Part shown: positions 1 through 13,459 of the stretch, piece after piece
Position numbering within the stretch: position 1 is the first letter of the stretch
How the letters are laid out: every line of letters begins with the position of its first letter
Assembly (NCBI GenBank): GCA_951406725.2
Contig: OX597824.1
Coordinates: 5,642,001 to 5,706,000 of the forward strand
Reading direction: 5' to 3'
Length of the DNA stretch: 64,000 nucleotides
DNA from: Octopus vulgaris
Lineage: Eukaryota
Position numbers and translations under genes: made by a program
The notes under the pieces: model-generated
The model's input: the letters and a program-made list of their open reading frames with translations, nothing else
Databases searched by the model: none
Told to the model about the DNA's origin: nothing

Positions 1-3
1 GTG

Positions 4-37
<34 letters not shown>

Positions 38-92
38 CTAGCATACAGCCGACTACCTAGCAGTCTTGCCCTGTCAATATACACACACACAT

Positions 93-125
<33 letters not shown>

Positions 126-800
126 CATACACATTTACAAACACTAACATGAATATTAAGAGTAATAAAGAAGACCATACAGGTACAGAATAACAAAATG
201 CACGACCATGATTGTATATATTCTGATAATATTGATCTGGTCAGAGTCGGATTTTCTCCTAACTCTTAATGTAATCATTCCATATAAAGGGGCGGACTTA
301 GTGCTTTCGAGGCAAACTCATAAGTTATAATATAACTGGGTTTTCAGCCAACGATTAAGGTTATATATAAATACGCCATAACATTGGTTCTTTAACTCAC
401 AAATGCCAAATTCCACAGACAAAAGTGTTGGCAAATGGTTTTGCTCCTTGGTTTTAGTAATGAGGAAACAAGGGATGGATGCATCCGTTTAAGTCTTGTT
501 TCTCCAACATGGCACTGGATAAGCTTAAGGTTTAAAATCACTGAAAATGTTATTTAATCTGGCAAGGTGTCACCCCTCTTCTTAATATTCGAAGACATTA
601 TTCTATATTCTTAATATTTGAATGACTGTAATGAATTGTATGGTGTTCAGTTTACACAGTGAGAGAGAGAGAGAGAGAGGGGAGAGAGAGAGAGAGAGGG
701 AGAGAGAGAGAGAGAGAAAAAAACACACAGCAACACACACGTAGATACACAAAAACACGCACACACATACACAAGCGCGCACACGACACATACGCCTATA

Positions 801-848
<48 letters not shown>

Positions 849-851
<3 letters not shown>

Positions 852-1063
852 GGCCCAGTGGTTAGGGCAGCGGACTTGCGGTCGGAGGATCGCGGTTTCG
901 ATTCCCAGACCGGGCGTTGTGTGTGTTTATTGAGCGAAAACACCTAAAAGCTCCACGAGGCTCCGGCAGGGGATGGTGGTGATCCCTGCTGTACTCTTTC
1001 ACCACTCTAAAAGGCGGTGCTCCAGCATGGCCGCAGTCAAATGACTGAAACAAGTACAAAAAA

Positions 1064-1080
<17 letters not shown>
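849..1080 (+). mobile_element. Chimeric SINE: family-A tRNA-derived head and body fused to the family-B 3' tail and poly(A)
   Basis: A-box TGGCCCAGTGG and B-box GGTTTCGATTCCC. 849-1006 matches the copy at 27711-28095 (minus). 1007-1056 (CTAAAAGGCGGTGCTCCAGCATGGCCGCAGTCAAATGACTGAAACAAGTA) is the family-B tail, followed by an A-run. Confidence 0.8.
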
Positions 1081-1097
<17 letters not shown>

Positions 1098-1141
1098 TAT
1101 ATTAGAAGGTTTGGGGATGATGTACATGTATTTTATATTAC

Positions 1142-1255
1142 AAGAAATGAGGTACTCAGAAATGTGGATGGTTTTATATTTACAGATATTTATTTGTAAA
1201 TGCAAATAAATATCTGTAAATATAAAACCATCCGAATTTCTGAGTACCCCATTTC

Positions 1256-1257
<2 letters not shown>
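1142..1257. repeat. Near-perfect palindrome (~55-bp arms, ~6-nt loop) in a (TA)n-flanked cassette
   Basis: AAGAAATGAGGTACTCAGAAAT...GATATTTATTTG (1142-1196) is the reverse complement of CAAATAAATATC...GAGTACCCCATTTCTT (1203-1257), with few mismatches. Confidence 0.9.
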
Positions 1258-1293
<36 letters not shown>

Positions 1294-1295
1294 AC

Positions 1296-1438
1296 ATACA
1301 CATAAGAGGGATGACCACTACGTGGACATCCATTATGGTAGAAGTAGATCCGCTATGGTCTTAGCACTAAGAAAGGAATGATCTCAAGAAAATTTAGCAA
1401 ATGGATGTCCACGTACTGGTCATCCCTCTTACGTGTAT
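1296..1438. repeat. Inverted repeat (~39-bp arms, ~65-bp spacer) in a (TA)n-flanked cassette
   Basis: ATACACATAAGAGGGATGACCACTACGTGGACATCCATT versus AATGGATGTCCACGTACTGGTCATCCCTCTTACGTGTAT. Confidence 0.85.
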
Positions 1439-1540
1439 ATAATATAATTTTTCTGAATCTTCAGATTTTAATATGCTAGACTACTGGTTTTGAATTGGTG
1501 TTAATCGAATTAACATTAAAATGTTCACCCTTATTATTTT

Positions 1541-1583
<43 letters not shown>

Positions 1584-1780
1584 CTGAAGCAAGTAAAAGA
1601 GCAAATACATCGGTTCTTGCACATGGCGTTCACACTCAGGACCAAGCATCACCACACATTCGTACATACCAATATCTCTGATGCCAAATCATAGAATGAG
1701 AATTATATTGGTTCAAGCTCACTTCCTCTGCCTTCTCTCTTTTTCTAAATACTTGTTTTCTCCTCCTTAACTCTCTCCCA

Positions 1781-1860
1781 CTTGTTGTTGTTGTTGTTGT
1801 TGTTGTTCTTCTTCTTCTTCTTCTTCTTCTTCTTCTTCTTCTTCTTCTTCTTCTTCTTCT
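1781..1860. repeat. (TTG)n-(TTC)n microsatellite
   Basis: Directly visible; source of the poly-E and poly-F ORFs. Confidence 0.95.
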
Positions 1861-2109
1861 CCCATTCCCTCTCTTACTTTTCCTTGCGTTTTATCTTCCT
1901 CTATTTTCCGTTCAAAACAATGACAACCGCACGAAACGTCAGGGTCTCTCTTCTCCTTCCTTTCATTCAACGCTTAATCTTATCGTAATTTACTCTTTCC
2001 ATGCCGTTGGTTACAAATGGTTACATATGTGCACGTATCCATGTGTGTCTACATGGTTGAATAATCCTTAAAAATCTCACTCATCACGAATTTCCAAATG
2101 CGTTTGCGT

Positions 2110-4790
<2,681 letters not shown>

Positions 4791-5762
4791 CATACACAAC
4801 TACGCATGCGCTCCGCGTGTCTCAATGTGGTTCCTGTTCTAATTGAAAATCTCCAAAATAAATAACACTTTCCACTTTTAATATTTGATTTCTAAATCGA
4901 TTTTGGCGTTTGATTAGTAAGTCATCAATTAAGACTGACATTTAGGTGGCCGTCTTTATACGTTTTCAGGGGGAAGAAAAAAAGCGAAAAAATAAATAAA
5001 AACCCCTTAGTCAGCGTTATTGAGCAGAGGGGCGCTCCGCCCCTTTCTTGAATTATAAACAAAAGGAGAATCATACCAAGTCACTTTCAATGATATTCCA
5101 AAAACTTTCACATTTAACAATTAAAGCAAAACGATTGCGAAATGGAGAAAATCACGTTGATATAAGCGAATGAGGCAGCCATTAAATCGTGCTTCACGTG
5201 AAAAAAGAAATAGCAGCTAACCACTCTGAAATCACAAGACTTCGTTGTTGCGAGATTGGCTTTGATCATCGTATCGTTTTCAAAAATTGTGACAAGATAA
5301 CGCGCTCTGCAATACCTAGCACTGAAGGTAAATGGTGGGAGGTTAGTGCCACGCTCTGTTGTCATTAGACATAAGTCAGTTGCATTATTTCTGATCTGGG
5401 GTTAACAATGAGCGGTCGCTGCGTATTCGATCGACTGATAAGAAATAGCAGCCAAATTTACCTGAGAACAAACGCTACTATCTCAGAAAGAGGACGGGTT
5501 GTATATTGTAATTTCATTTTAGAACTGGACGTATGGGATAATGTTATTTCTTTTTAGGAAACTTGGTTGGCAATGATTTAGTTTCGGGTTGAGTTGCACT
5601 GGATGTGTAACACATTGGGCAAGTGTCTTTTAGCATAGCCCTTGGTCACCAAATGCCTTATGAGCGAATTTCTTGGACAAAACTAAGAAAAATTGTATGG
5701 AGGCCTGTTGACCCCAGCGTTACCGCAACTGCATGGCTGAAATGAATAAAATAAAATAAAAT

Positions 5763-5823
<61 letters not shown>

Positions 5824-5897
5824 GCATTTATGTATGTATGTATGTATGTATGTATGTATGTATGTATGTATATATGTATGTATGTATGCAAGGTTAA

Positions 5898-6128
5898 CTC
5901 ACAGCAGTTACTGTAGAGAAAATATTTCTGTTATAGTAAAAAAGTATGATGAAAACACCCTATTTGTTCAGAGTTACCTCTCTTAAGTACTTCTCATTGA
6001 TGACAGCTAATGTGCTTGAAACATCGATGCCTGGAATCCTGATAGATTGCGAGAGTGAACACATAGGCTGCTTTCACACCTTTTTACCACAAGAGAATTT
6101 TTTTTTATCTACGGCAACTACAGTGAAT
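5898..6128. repeat. Diverged fold-back cassette (~75-bp imperfect arms) with a degenerate hammerhead-like motif in the spacer; possibly derived from a Penelope-like element
   Basis: TCACAGCAGTTACTGTAGAGAAAATATTTC...CCTATTTGTTCA aligns to the reverse complement of TGAACACATAGG...CTACGGCAACTACAGTGA. The spacer contains TTGATGA-CAGC-taatgt-GCTT-GAAA-CATCGATG-CC-TGGAA. Confidence 0.55.
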
Positions 6129-6338
6129 TTTTATTTTAGCAGTTGAAATATGTGACAAACATATTTTAACTAGTAAAGATTGTTTGCCAGCATAACATGG
6201 CAGTCCTGGTGTAGGACGAATGTTGCTGTAATTTAGCCCCAGGAGACATCGTCTCCAGCTGGCAATACGACACAATCTGTGTTGTCCTTATATTTTTGAA
6301 CAAGGGAATGTAGCACCCCCACTTAGCTCAAAACAATA

Positions 6339-6383
6339 TCTGTGTATCGCAATTTCTGGGTTATATCTCTTCATCAGCACAGA
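6339..6383 (-). ncRNA. Minimal type I hammerhead ribozyme motif (Penelope-like-element type), probably partly decayed
   Basis: Minus strand reads TCTGTG-CTGATGA-AGAGatataaCCCA-GAAA-TTGCGA-TA-CACAGA: 6-bp helix I (TCTGTG/CACAGA), intact CUGAUGA and GAAA core, near-palindromic helix III and an AUA cleavage triplet. Helix II is poorly paired. Confidence 0.6.
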
Positions 6384-6519
6384 ATAATTGTATTTTAACT
6401 AGTTTAAGCTTATGATTAAACACTGCTTTGCGTTAATATTTCGATATTTTACACCATCGGACGATGTGTCGGTGCTAATAAGCCAGTTTTATTGATTGTA
6501 TTTTATATATATATATATG

Positions 6520-6745
6520 CCTGTCTTTGTGTTTGTGTTTGTCACCTCCATCATCACTTGTTAACCGGTGCTGGTTTATTTATGACCCCTTAACATTGCA
6601 GCTCGGCAAAAAGAAACTGAGAGAATAAGTAACAGACACTAAGAAAAGCATAAGTGCTGGTATCATTCCGTTCGCTTAAAACCCTCCAGCTCGGTTCTCT
6701 GCTTGGTCGCTGTCCAATAACTGGAAAGAAGTAAAAGATTCTCTT
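6520..6745 (+). mobile_element. Old family-B SINE, 3' half
   Basis: Diverged match to family-B body and tail (CCGGTGCTGGTTTATTTATG...GCTCGGCAAAAAGAAACTGAGAGAATAAGTAAC). Confidence 0.55.
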
Positions 6746-6754
6746 ATTTCTAAA

Positions 6755-7140
6755 GACATTGGATTGCGGCCATGCTGGGGCACCACATTAAAGCCGTTCT
6801 GTTATTTTTTAGAAAATCAAATTCTGTCCAGTCATTAATTTAGGATTGTTGATAGCTATTTTATCAGGGTTTTTTTTTACCGTACTTCGTAGGCTTAAAA
6901 AAACAGCTTAAAGGAAACTCTTTGCTGAATTTCGTGGGCTTAAAGAAACAGCAGGTGTCAGATGGTAGCGACAAACACAGACATGCACACACATAACTAC
7001 ACGCATTTATAATATGCAATTTTGCACGGACTTCCTCTATCAAATCACCTCACAAAACACTGGTCGACCCTGGGGCTATAGTCCAAGGTGCCCCTCAGTG
7101 CGTCAGAATCCGAAACGGTGTGGTTTCGGACCGAATTCCT
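6755..7140 (-). mobile_element. Old family-B SINE
   Basis: GATTGCGGCCATGCTGGGGCACC tail motif and CTCACAAAACACTGGTCGACCCTGGGGCTATAG body motif, both in reverse orientation. Confidence 0.55.
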
Positions 7141-8559
7141 TAATAATCATACAACCACTTTTCATCTATTCTTGACAAGAAGAAAACGAAACAAAAAAAC
7201 TCCAGCGTAGTTAGAGTTAAAATGCCTTCGATCATAGATCTGCTCGAAATGGGATTACCAGGGGCTAAACAACAATGACAAACAACGGTTTGAACTCAGC
7301 GTGAATCATCATGATACATGTAATTCTTTTCTTCTACTTTTGTGTTTATTTTTGCTTAAGGAAATCCATTATTTTTAGCAAAAAAAAAAAAAAATTCCTC
7401 TGTGGTTCCAGTTTGCAATAAAGTTTTACTGTTTCCTTTTATCTCAGTTTGATAAAGTAAGTGACAGACTATGAAATGATGATAGAAAAGGCAGTTCGTA
7501 ATCAGCGCATGGCTTTATAATGATATATTTGATTCGTAATGGATCAGACTACCTAGTGAGTCATAACTTGATATCCTGTACTTCGATGCTATAACAGTTC
7601 ACTAAAATAAACAAGCAATAGACATACTAGACATAGAAAGCAACGTTTTCTAAATGACACCTTAATGTCTTAAAAAGAAACGAGAGTATATATTCGAATA
7701 ATGTGTACATTATAATCACTTATTCTTTCATTAGATTCAGCCTTTGGATTGTGATTATGCTGGAATTCCAATAACGACCTCCTCAGTACTTATTTCAGTT
7801 TGGTACTTATATAATAACTCTTTATGCTTTCTTAAAATTAGGCTGAGTATAAAGGAACGCAATGAGGCATGTCCGTTCGCTCCGGTATGAAGCTCGTTAT
7901 GCAATTGTTATGTAACGAACCCTACTCACCGTACCTAATCATCAGGCGGAGATTACCTTAATAAAATGAAGGTTACATTGTCGCTCGGAATTTCCCAGTC
8001 AGCTAAACAACGGTGGGAAGTTCAACGGAATAGAAGAACCAGGAGTAAAAAACAAAATCTGTAAAAAATTTTAAAAATCAAGAAATATGTTAAAAGAACC
8101 AGTTAGCAACAAAACTAATATATGCAAGAATGTGGAAGTGAGGAGAAGTAAGAAAGGGAGAGAGAGGGGAGGATGGGGTCGTTCGTTCGCTCATGAGAAA
8201 AGAAGACACCCGTAGCGCAGCATGACTATCTACATCACAATACTTACACATATACCCGCACCTACACAAATACACACACATACGCACACACACACAAATG
8301 TTCATTTACACTAACTTACACACTTAGAGGTGTATGAACGCTTTATGTTCATGATCACGCAGGCACGTACACATATATAAATAGACGTACTCACATATGT
8401 ACATTACGCATATATGAAGACATAAGTGTGCGTGCAGGTAATTCTAAAGGGACAACCTAAAAGAATGGTCAGTCACTTATACGTTATTCAGGTACGTGAA
8501 ATCCGGTTCACCGAACACTTTTTTTGTGTTTAGTTACAAAGAAATTATTTTAAAAATCT

Positions 8560-8950
8560 GCCGGTCAAAGTGAAAAGATCCCGATACTCCAGTACTTGCC
8601 TGGTGCTTTATTTTATGACCTTCAATGTATGAAATGCAAATTTGAACTCGATGGTATTTGAACTCTGAACCTGCAGAGCAGAACCAAATATTTTTGTTTC
8701 TGACGCTCTAGCGGTTCCGCCAGCTCGCCGTTTTATGGTTTCCGCTTTGAATACAAAGCCAACGATTTTGAAGGGAGAGAGTTAGTCGATATTTTCGACT
8801 ATATTATATAAACGTTACTTTATTTTACCAAACCTGTAAAGACGAAAGGCAAAAATTCCTTTGGTGATATTTGAACTCAGAGCGTAATGAACCGGATCAA
8901 ACACTGCATTGAGTCTTGATCGACGCACAAACGATTCTGTCAATTCTCCT
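8560..8950 (-). mobile_element. Two old family-C SINE copies in tandem
   Basis: Repeated GAAAGGCAAA...ATTTGAACTCAGA motifs and a CCGCCAGCTCGCCG head. Confidence 0.55.
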
Positions 8951-8957
8951 CGCAAAA

Positions 8958-8988
<31 letters not shown>

Positions 8989-9215
8989 TCATACATAATA
9001 AGAATGTTGAAGCACAATTTGTGACAATATATAACCATAAACATAGACTTCATACCGAATAATAAAGAAGTTGTTTACTTCAAATTCATCACGGGTTGGA
9101 TATAGCTGGAGGGAAGTTTAGAAATGTACGCCATGTAAATATATAACAACTTCTTCCTTTTACCTAACTATTCTACCACCTTTAAGTCGTAGTCGTTATA
9201 GCTGTTGATTTTATC

Positions 9216-9328
<113 letters not shown>

Positions 9329-9635
9329 GATGTATATATACCCCAACACATGCACATAAGTGTGTGTATTGTGTGTAGTGTTTGTGTGCTGCAAGAGAAA
9401 GAAGTTATAAGTGACATGGCGAGTTTAAGTATTTCTGTGTATGTAATAATATTACACTTTCTGTCAGTAATCGTTTTCTCTGGAAAGTATTTCGACATAT
9501 TTTCACCAAGCATTGGTGATATTGTGATAGGAAACAGTATAAGATTACGGCAAACAGTTTATCAAGAAACACTATCATAACAAATGCAAATATTTCTTGT
9601 TTGTGGTTTGGAGAAATATTCTACAAAAAAAAAAC

Positions 9636-9666
<31 letters not shown>

Positions 9667-9827
9667 CAAAACAAAAGACATCCATAACAAAGAGAATATT
9701 GACAATATCTGCAAGAACATGAATAGCGACAGCCGAGGCAGCAGAAGCAGCCGTAGTAGCAGCTTCTTAGTTTAGTTTTCGAAATTGTATCTATCTGAAA
9801 TAACAATGGCGACGGCGGCGGAAGCAC

Positions 9828-9860
9828 TAGCAGCAGCAGTGGTAGTGGTAGTAGTAGTAA

Positions 9861-9906
<46 letters not shown>

Positions 9907-9922
9907 TGTAGTAGTTGTAGTG

Positions 9923-9954
<32 letters not shown>

Positions 9955-9982
9955 TGTAGTAGTAGTAGTAGTAGTAGTAGTT

Positions 9983-10017
<35 letters not shown>

Positions 10018-10081
10018 TGTAGTAGTAGTAGTAGTAGTTGTAGTGGTAGTAGTAGTATTAGTATTAGTAGTGGTGGTAGTG

Positions 10082-10134
<53 letters not shown>

Positions 10135-10155
10135 TGTAGTAGTAGTAGTAGTAGT
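9828..10155. repeat. Long (TAG)n microsatellite
   Basis: Directly visible; gives the poly-T, poly-V and poly-L ORFs. Confidence 0.97.
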
Positions 10156-10296
10156 CGCGGCCACTTAAATAGAGTTTTTGAAAGTAAACAGTTGAAGGAA
10201 AGAAACTTTGTAGATTTGGATTCTGTCACTAAAAATAATGTGAAGATTAATATTTGTGATGATTGTTTGAGGCATATAAGGAGAGTGAATATACTT

Positions 10297-10882
10297 TTCT
10301 TTTCTACTCGAGGTACAAGGCCTGAAATTTTTGGTGGGAGGGGTACAGTCGAGTTGATCGACTCCAGTATACAACTGGTACTTAATTTATCGATTACGAT
10401 AGGATGAAAGGCAAAATCGACCTTCGGCGGAATTTGAACTCAGAACGCGAAGACAGACGAAATACTTATTTCTTTACTGCCCACAAGGGGCTAAACACAG
10501 AGATGACAAACAAGGACAGAAAAACGGATTAAGTCGATTATATCGGCCCCAGTGCGTAACTGGTACTTAATTTATCGACCCCGAAAGGATGACAGGCAAA
10601 GTCGACCTCAGTGGAATTTGAACTCAGAAGGTAGTGGCAGACAAAATACCTATTTCTTTATTGCCCACAAAGGGGCTAAACATAGAGGGGACAAACAAGG
10701 ACAGACATAGGTATTAAGTCGATTACATCGACCCCAGTGCGTAACTGGTACTTGATTTATCGACCTCGAAAGGATGAAAGGTAAAGTCGACCTCGGCGTA
10801 ATTTGAACTCAGAGCGTAACAGCAGACGAAATACGGCTACGCATTTCGCCCGGCGTGCTAACGTTTCTGCCAGCTCGCCGCC
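10297..10882 (-). mobile_element. Family-C SINE, multimeric (head plus about three tandem ~184-bp body units)
   Basis: Head GGCGGCGAGCTGGCAGAAACGTTAGCACGCCGGGCGAAATG on minus at 10882; B-box-like GAGTTCAAATT; units repeat at ~10459-10642 and ~10643-10828. Confidence 0.9.
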
Positions 10883-11219
10883 AGTAGAGTAAAGGTAAGC
10901 AATGGAATCAAGAGATATTAAAAGTGTGTAGCCATCGTAGAATGCTGGGAAATACATTTCTTGCTGCATGGGTCAGGGATTCAATTAGGAAGACCTATAC
11001 AACACTAAATATTTCTGAAGTAGAAGGAGAAATGAAATTATGAAACTTAAAGAGGTTGAATTTTAAAAAAATGCAAATATTTATTATTAAATTTTTCTGT
11101 TTGTTCTCAACGGAAAGGAATTAACAACTAAAGTGGACTACAGTTGCTTAAAATAGGAAATGTTTGTTTTATGTATCACCGTTTATTAAACAGGTGCAAT
11201 ATACGAGAAGACACTGCAT

Positions 11220-11333
11220 GCTTATTTCTTTATTGCTCCCAAGGGGCTAAACATAGAGGGGACAAACAAGAACAGACAAAGGGATTAAGTTGATTACATC
11301 GACCCCAGTGCGTAACTGCCAGCTCGCTGCCTT
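11220..11333 (-). mobile_element. Internally deleted family-C SINE with a 12-bp TSD
   Basis: Tail and extreme head are joined at CGTAACTG|CCAGCTCG; flanked by AAGACACTGCAT (11208-11219) and AAGACAGTGCAT (11334-11345). Confidence 0.8.
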
Positions 11334-11725
11334 AAGACAGTGCATTTTTAACAATTTGGTATTTTAAGCTGGTCATATGAGGCCCAAATATTCTAACTGC
11401 TTTATGTACAAGTCGGACAGATCAGGCCTCTCAAACTTACTTTGCACTGTCATTCTAAAAATAAACGAATAAATCACCGAAATCTCAAAGGTATAACTTA
11501 GTGAATGATTAATTCAAGACAAGGCGAATAAATAAGTATTAAATTTGGCAGAATTTCACCTGAACGCTAAGAAGTTCAGCAATATCGTACATTATATTAT
11601 ATATTAGCAGTATCATATAACTTGATATTATTATATTAGCAATATCATATTGGATTAACTGTGCTGAACTAAAATCTTTCAGCTACGAGATATACACAAG
11701 TGAATTCAATGCACAATCACTCCTT

Positions 11726-11761
11726 ACCACCACCACCACCACCACCACCACCACCACCACC

Positions 11762-11830
<69 letters not shown>

Positions 11831-11908
11831 TTTATTATTATTATTATTATTATGATTATTATTATTATTATTATTACTATTATTGTAGTTGTTGTTTTTG
11901 TTGTTATT
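11726..11908. repeat. (ACC)n-(ATC)n-(TTA)n compound microsatellite
   Basis: Directly visible. Confidence 0.95.
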
Positions 11909-12475
11909 GGACTCTGCTCGTGGATTTCCAAGAGGAAATACGTGTGTTCGTGAGTTGTAAGTTTTTGTTCAGTATTTACCGATATTATTGTTGTATCTGA
12001 AAATTGTTCACGACATTTCTGTCGCCAGACCGACGGGGCGCTTTCTGAGCCCTTTTGAGGCGAATTTTCAATTTAAATTCTTCATTTTTTTCATTCCTCA
12101 GTTTTGAAATTTGCAAAATGTCCTTGGAGAAGAGTGTCAGCATTTCTTTTCTTTTTGACCTCCCCCACCCATACTGTCGGAAAACAGCAAAAAAGTTTAA
12201 AAATCAATTGTCTCCGCCCTCTTCGCGCCTTAAAAGGCAGAGAGAGAGAGAGAGATTACCAAAATCTTGATAGCACGTGCAATGTTGAGCAACAGAAGAA
12301 AAAAGAAAAAAATGAAACGGGAGGGAGAAGAGGAAAAGAGCGAAGAAATTCAGCGAATGGACGCTGGTAGCGTCGTAACACCTGTGAAACAAAGCCCCCC
12401 CCCCCACTACCACCACTAACATTAACACATTGAACAGCCGAGGGTTTGCTTTAGTGGCAAAGCGTAGAAATGAAT

Positions 12476-12519
<44 letters not shown>

Positions 12520-12523
12520 TAAT

Positions 12524-12801
12524 ACTGCGTGGCACCTTGGGCAAGTGTCTTCTACTATAGCCTCGGGCCGACCAAAGCCTTGTGAGTGGATTTGGTAGAC
12601 GGAAACTGAAAGAAGCCCGTCGTATATATGTATAAATATATGCGTGTGTGTGTTTGTGTGTCTGTATTTGTCCCCCTAGCATTGCTTGACAACCGATGCT
12701 GGTGTGTTTACGTCCCCGTCACTTAGCGGTTTGGCAAAAGAAACCGATAGAATAAGTACTGGGCTTACAAAAGAATAAGTCCCTGGGTCGAGTAAAAGAG
12801 T
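12524..12801 (+). mobile_element. Family-B SINE, 5'-truncated, with shortened tail
   Basis: Near-identical to 39379-39784 from ACTGCGTGGCACCTTGGGCAAG onward. Confidence 0.9.
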
Positions 12802-13087
12802 AATAATAATAATGAAACTATTGTATACAGTGCTCAGGTGCACCACAACTTGTCAAAAAGTACGTATAAAGAATATGCAGTAACGTACAAATGTCTGGAA
12901 AGTGAACAGTGTATGAGTCAGATACATGATTGCGTGTGTATGGAGGGAAGAAAATTAGGTGTAGCGTTGGCGAATCTCAGGAAGCATGGAAGTTTTGAAG
13001 GATGCAGTGCTCCGACAACTAACAACTGATACCAGCAGTTTGTTCCATGCTTCAGCAACTCTTAGCGTGAAAAACTGTTTCCGAAAG
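12802..13087 (-). mobile_element. CR1-type LINE 3' end (ORF2 C-terminus, 3' UTR and (ATT)n tail)
   Basis: Minus strand translates FRKQFFTLRVAEAWNKLLVSVVSCRSTASFKTSMLPEIRQRYT* (stop 12957-12955), matching the CR1/L2-group FF.RV...WN.LP..VV.......FK motif. Confidence 0.75.
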
Positions 13088-13149
13088 GGTTTTTGCAGAG
13101 TCGCTCAAGGACTATAGAAATATGTGAAAAAGAAAAAGCGAAAGATGTG

Positions 13150-13372
13150 TTTCGAAAAATACACCTCCAGGTGTTACAGACAATACAAACAAACGTACGA
13201 TAGTGTACAAAACTATATCTTTAAAAAAAGAGACGTTTAGAAACTGCCACAATAGAAACTGCCAAAGTAGTTGAAAAATACTTGCAACCGATTTGGAAAG
13301 ACGTAAAATATCTGCCGAAATGTGAGAAATATGGCACAATTGAAGTCAGATTTGCTACAGAAGATGAGAGGC
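13150..13372 (+). pseudogene. Possible decayed LINE ORF1-like fragment
   Basis: Complex reading-frame remnants (RTIVYKTISLKK... and VVEKYLQPIWKDVKYLPKCEKYGTIEVRFATEDE) between two LINE pieces; family assignment is a guess. Confidence 0.3.
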
Positions 13373-13459
13373 ATTTCGCGTGAACTAGGATGTGGGAAAG
13401 TTGTCGGCAGACACAGACGACGTCGCCGTCATAGTGTCGGGCGACTAGCATATAGATTT

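Noticed and set aside
9621-10229. Poly-L, poly-T and poly-V ORFs (mucin-like poly-Thr)
   Set aside because: Pure (TAG)n tract open in several frames; no splice or domain context.
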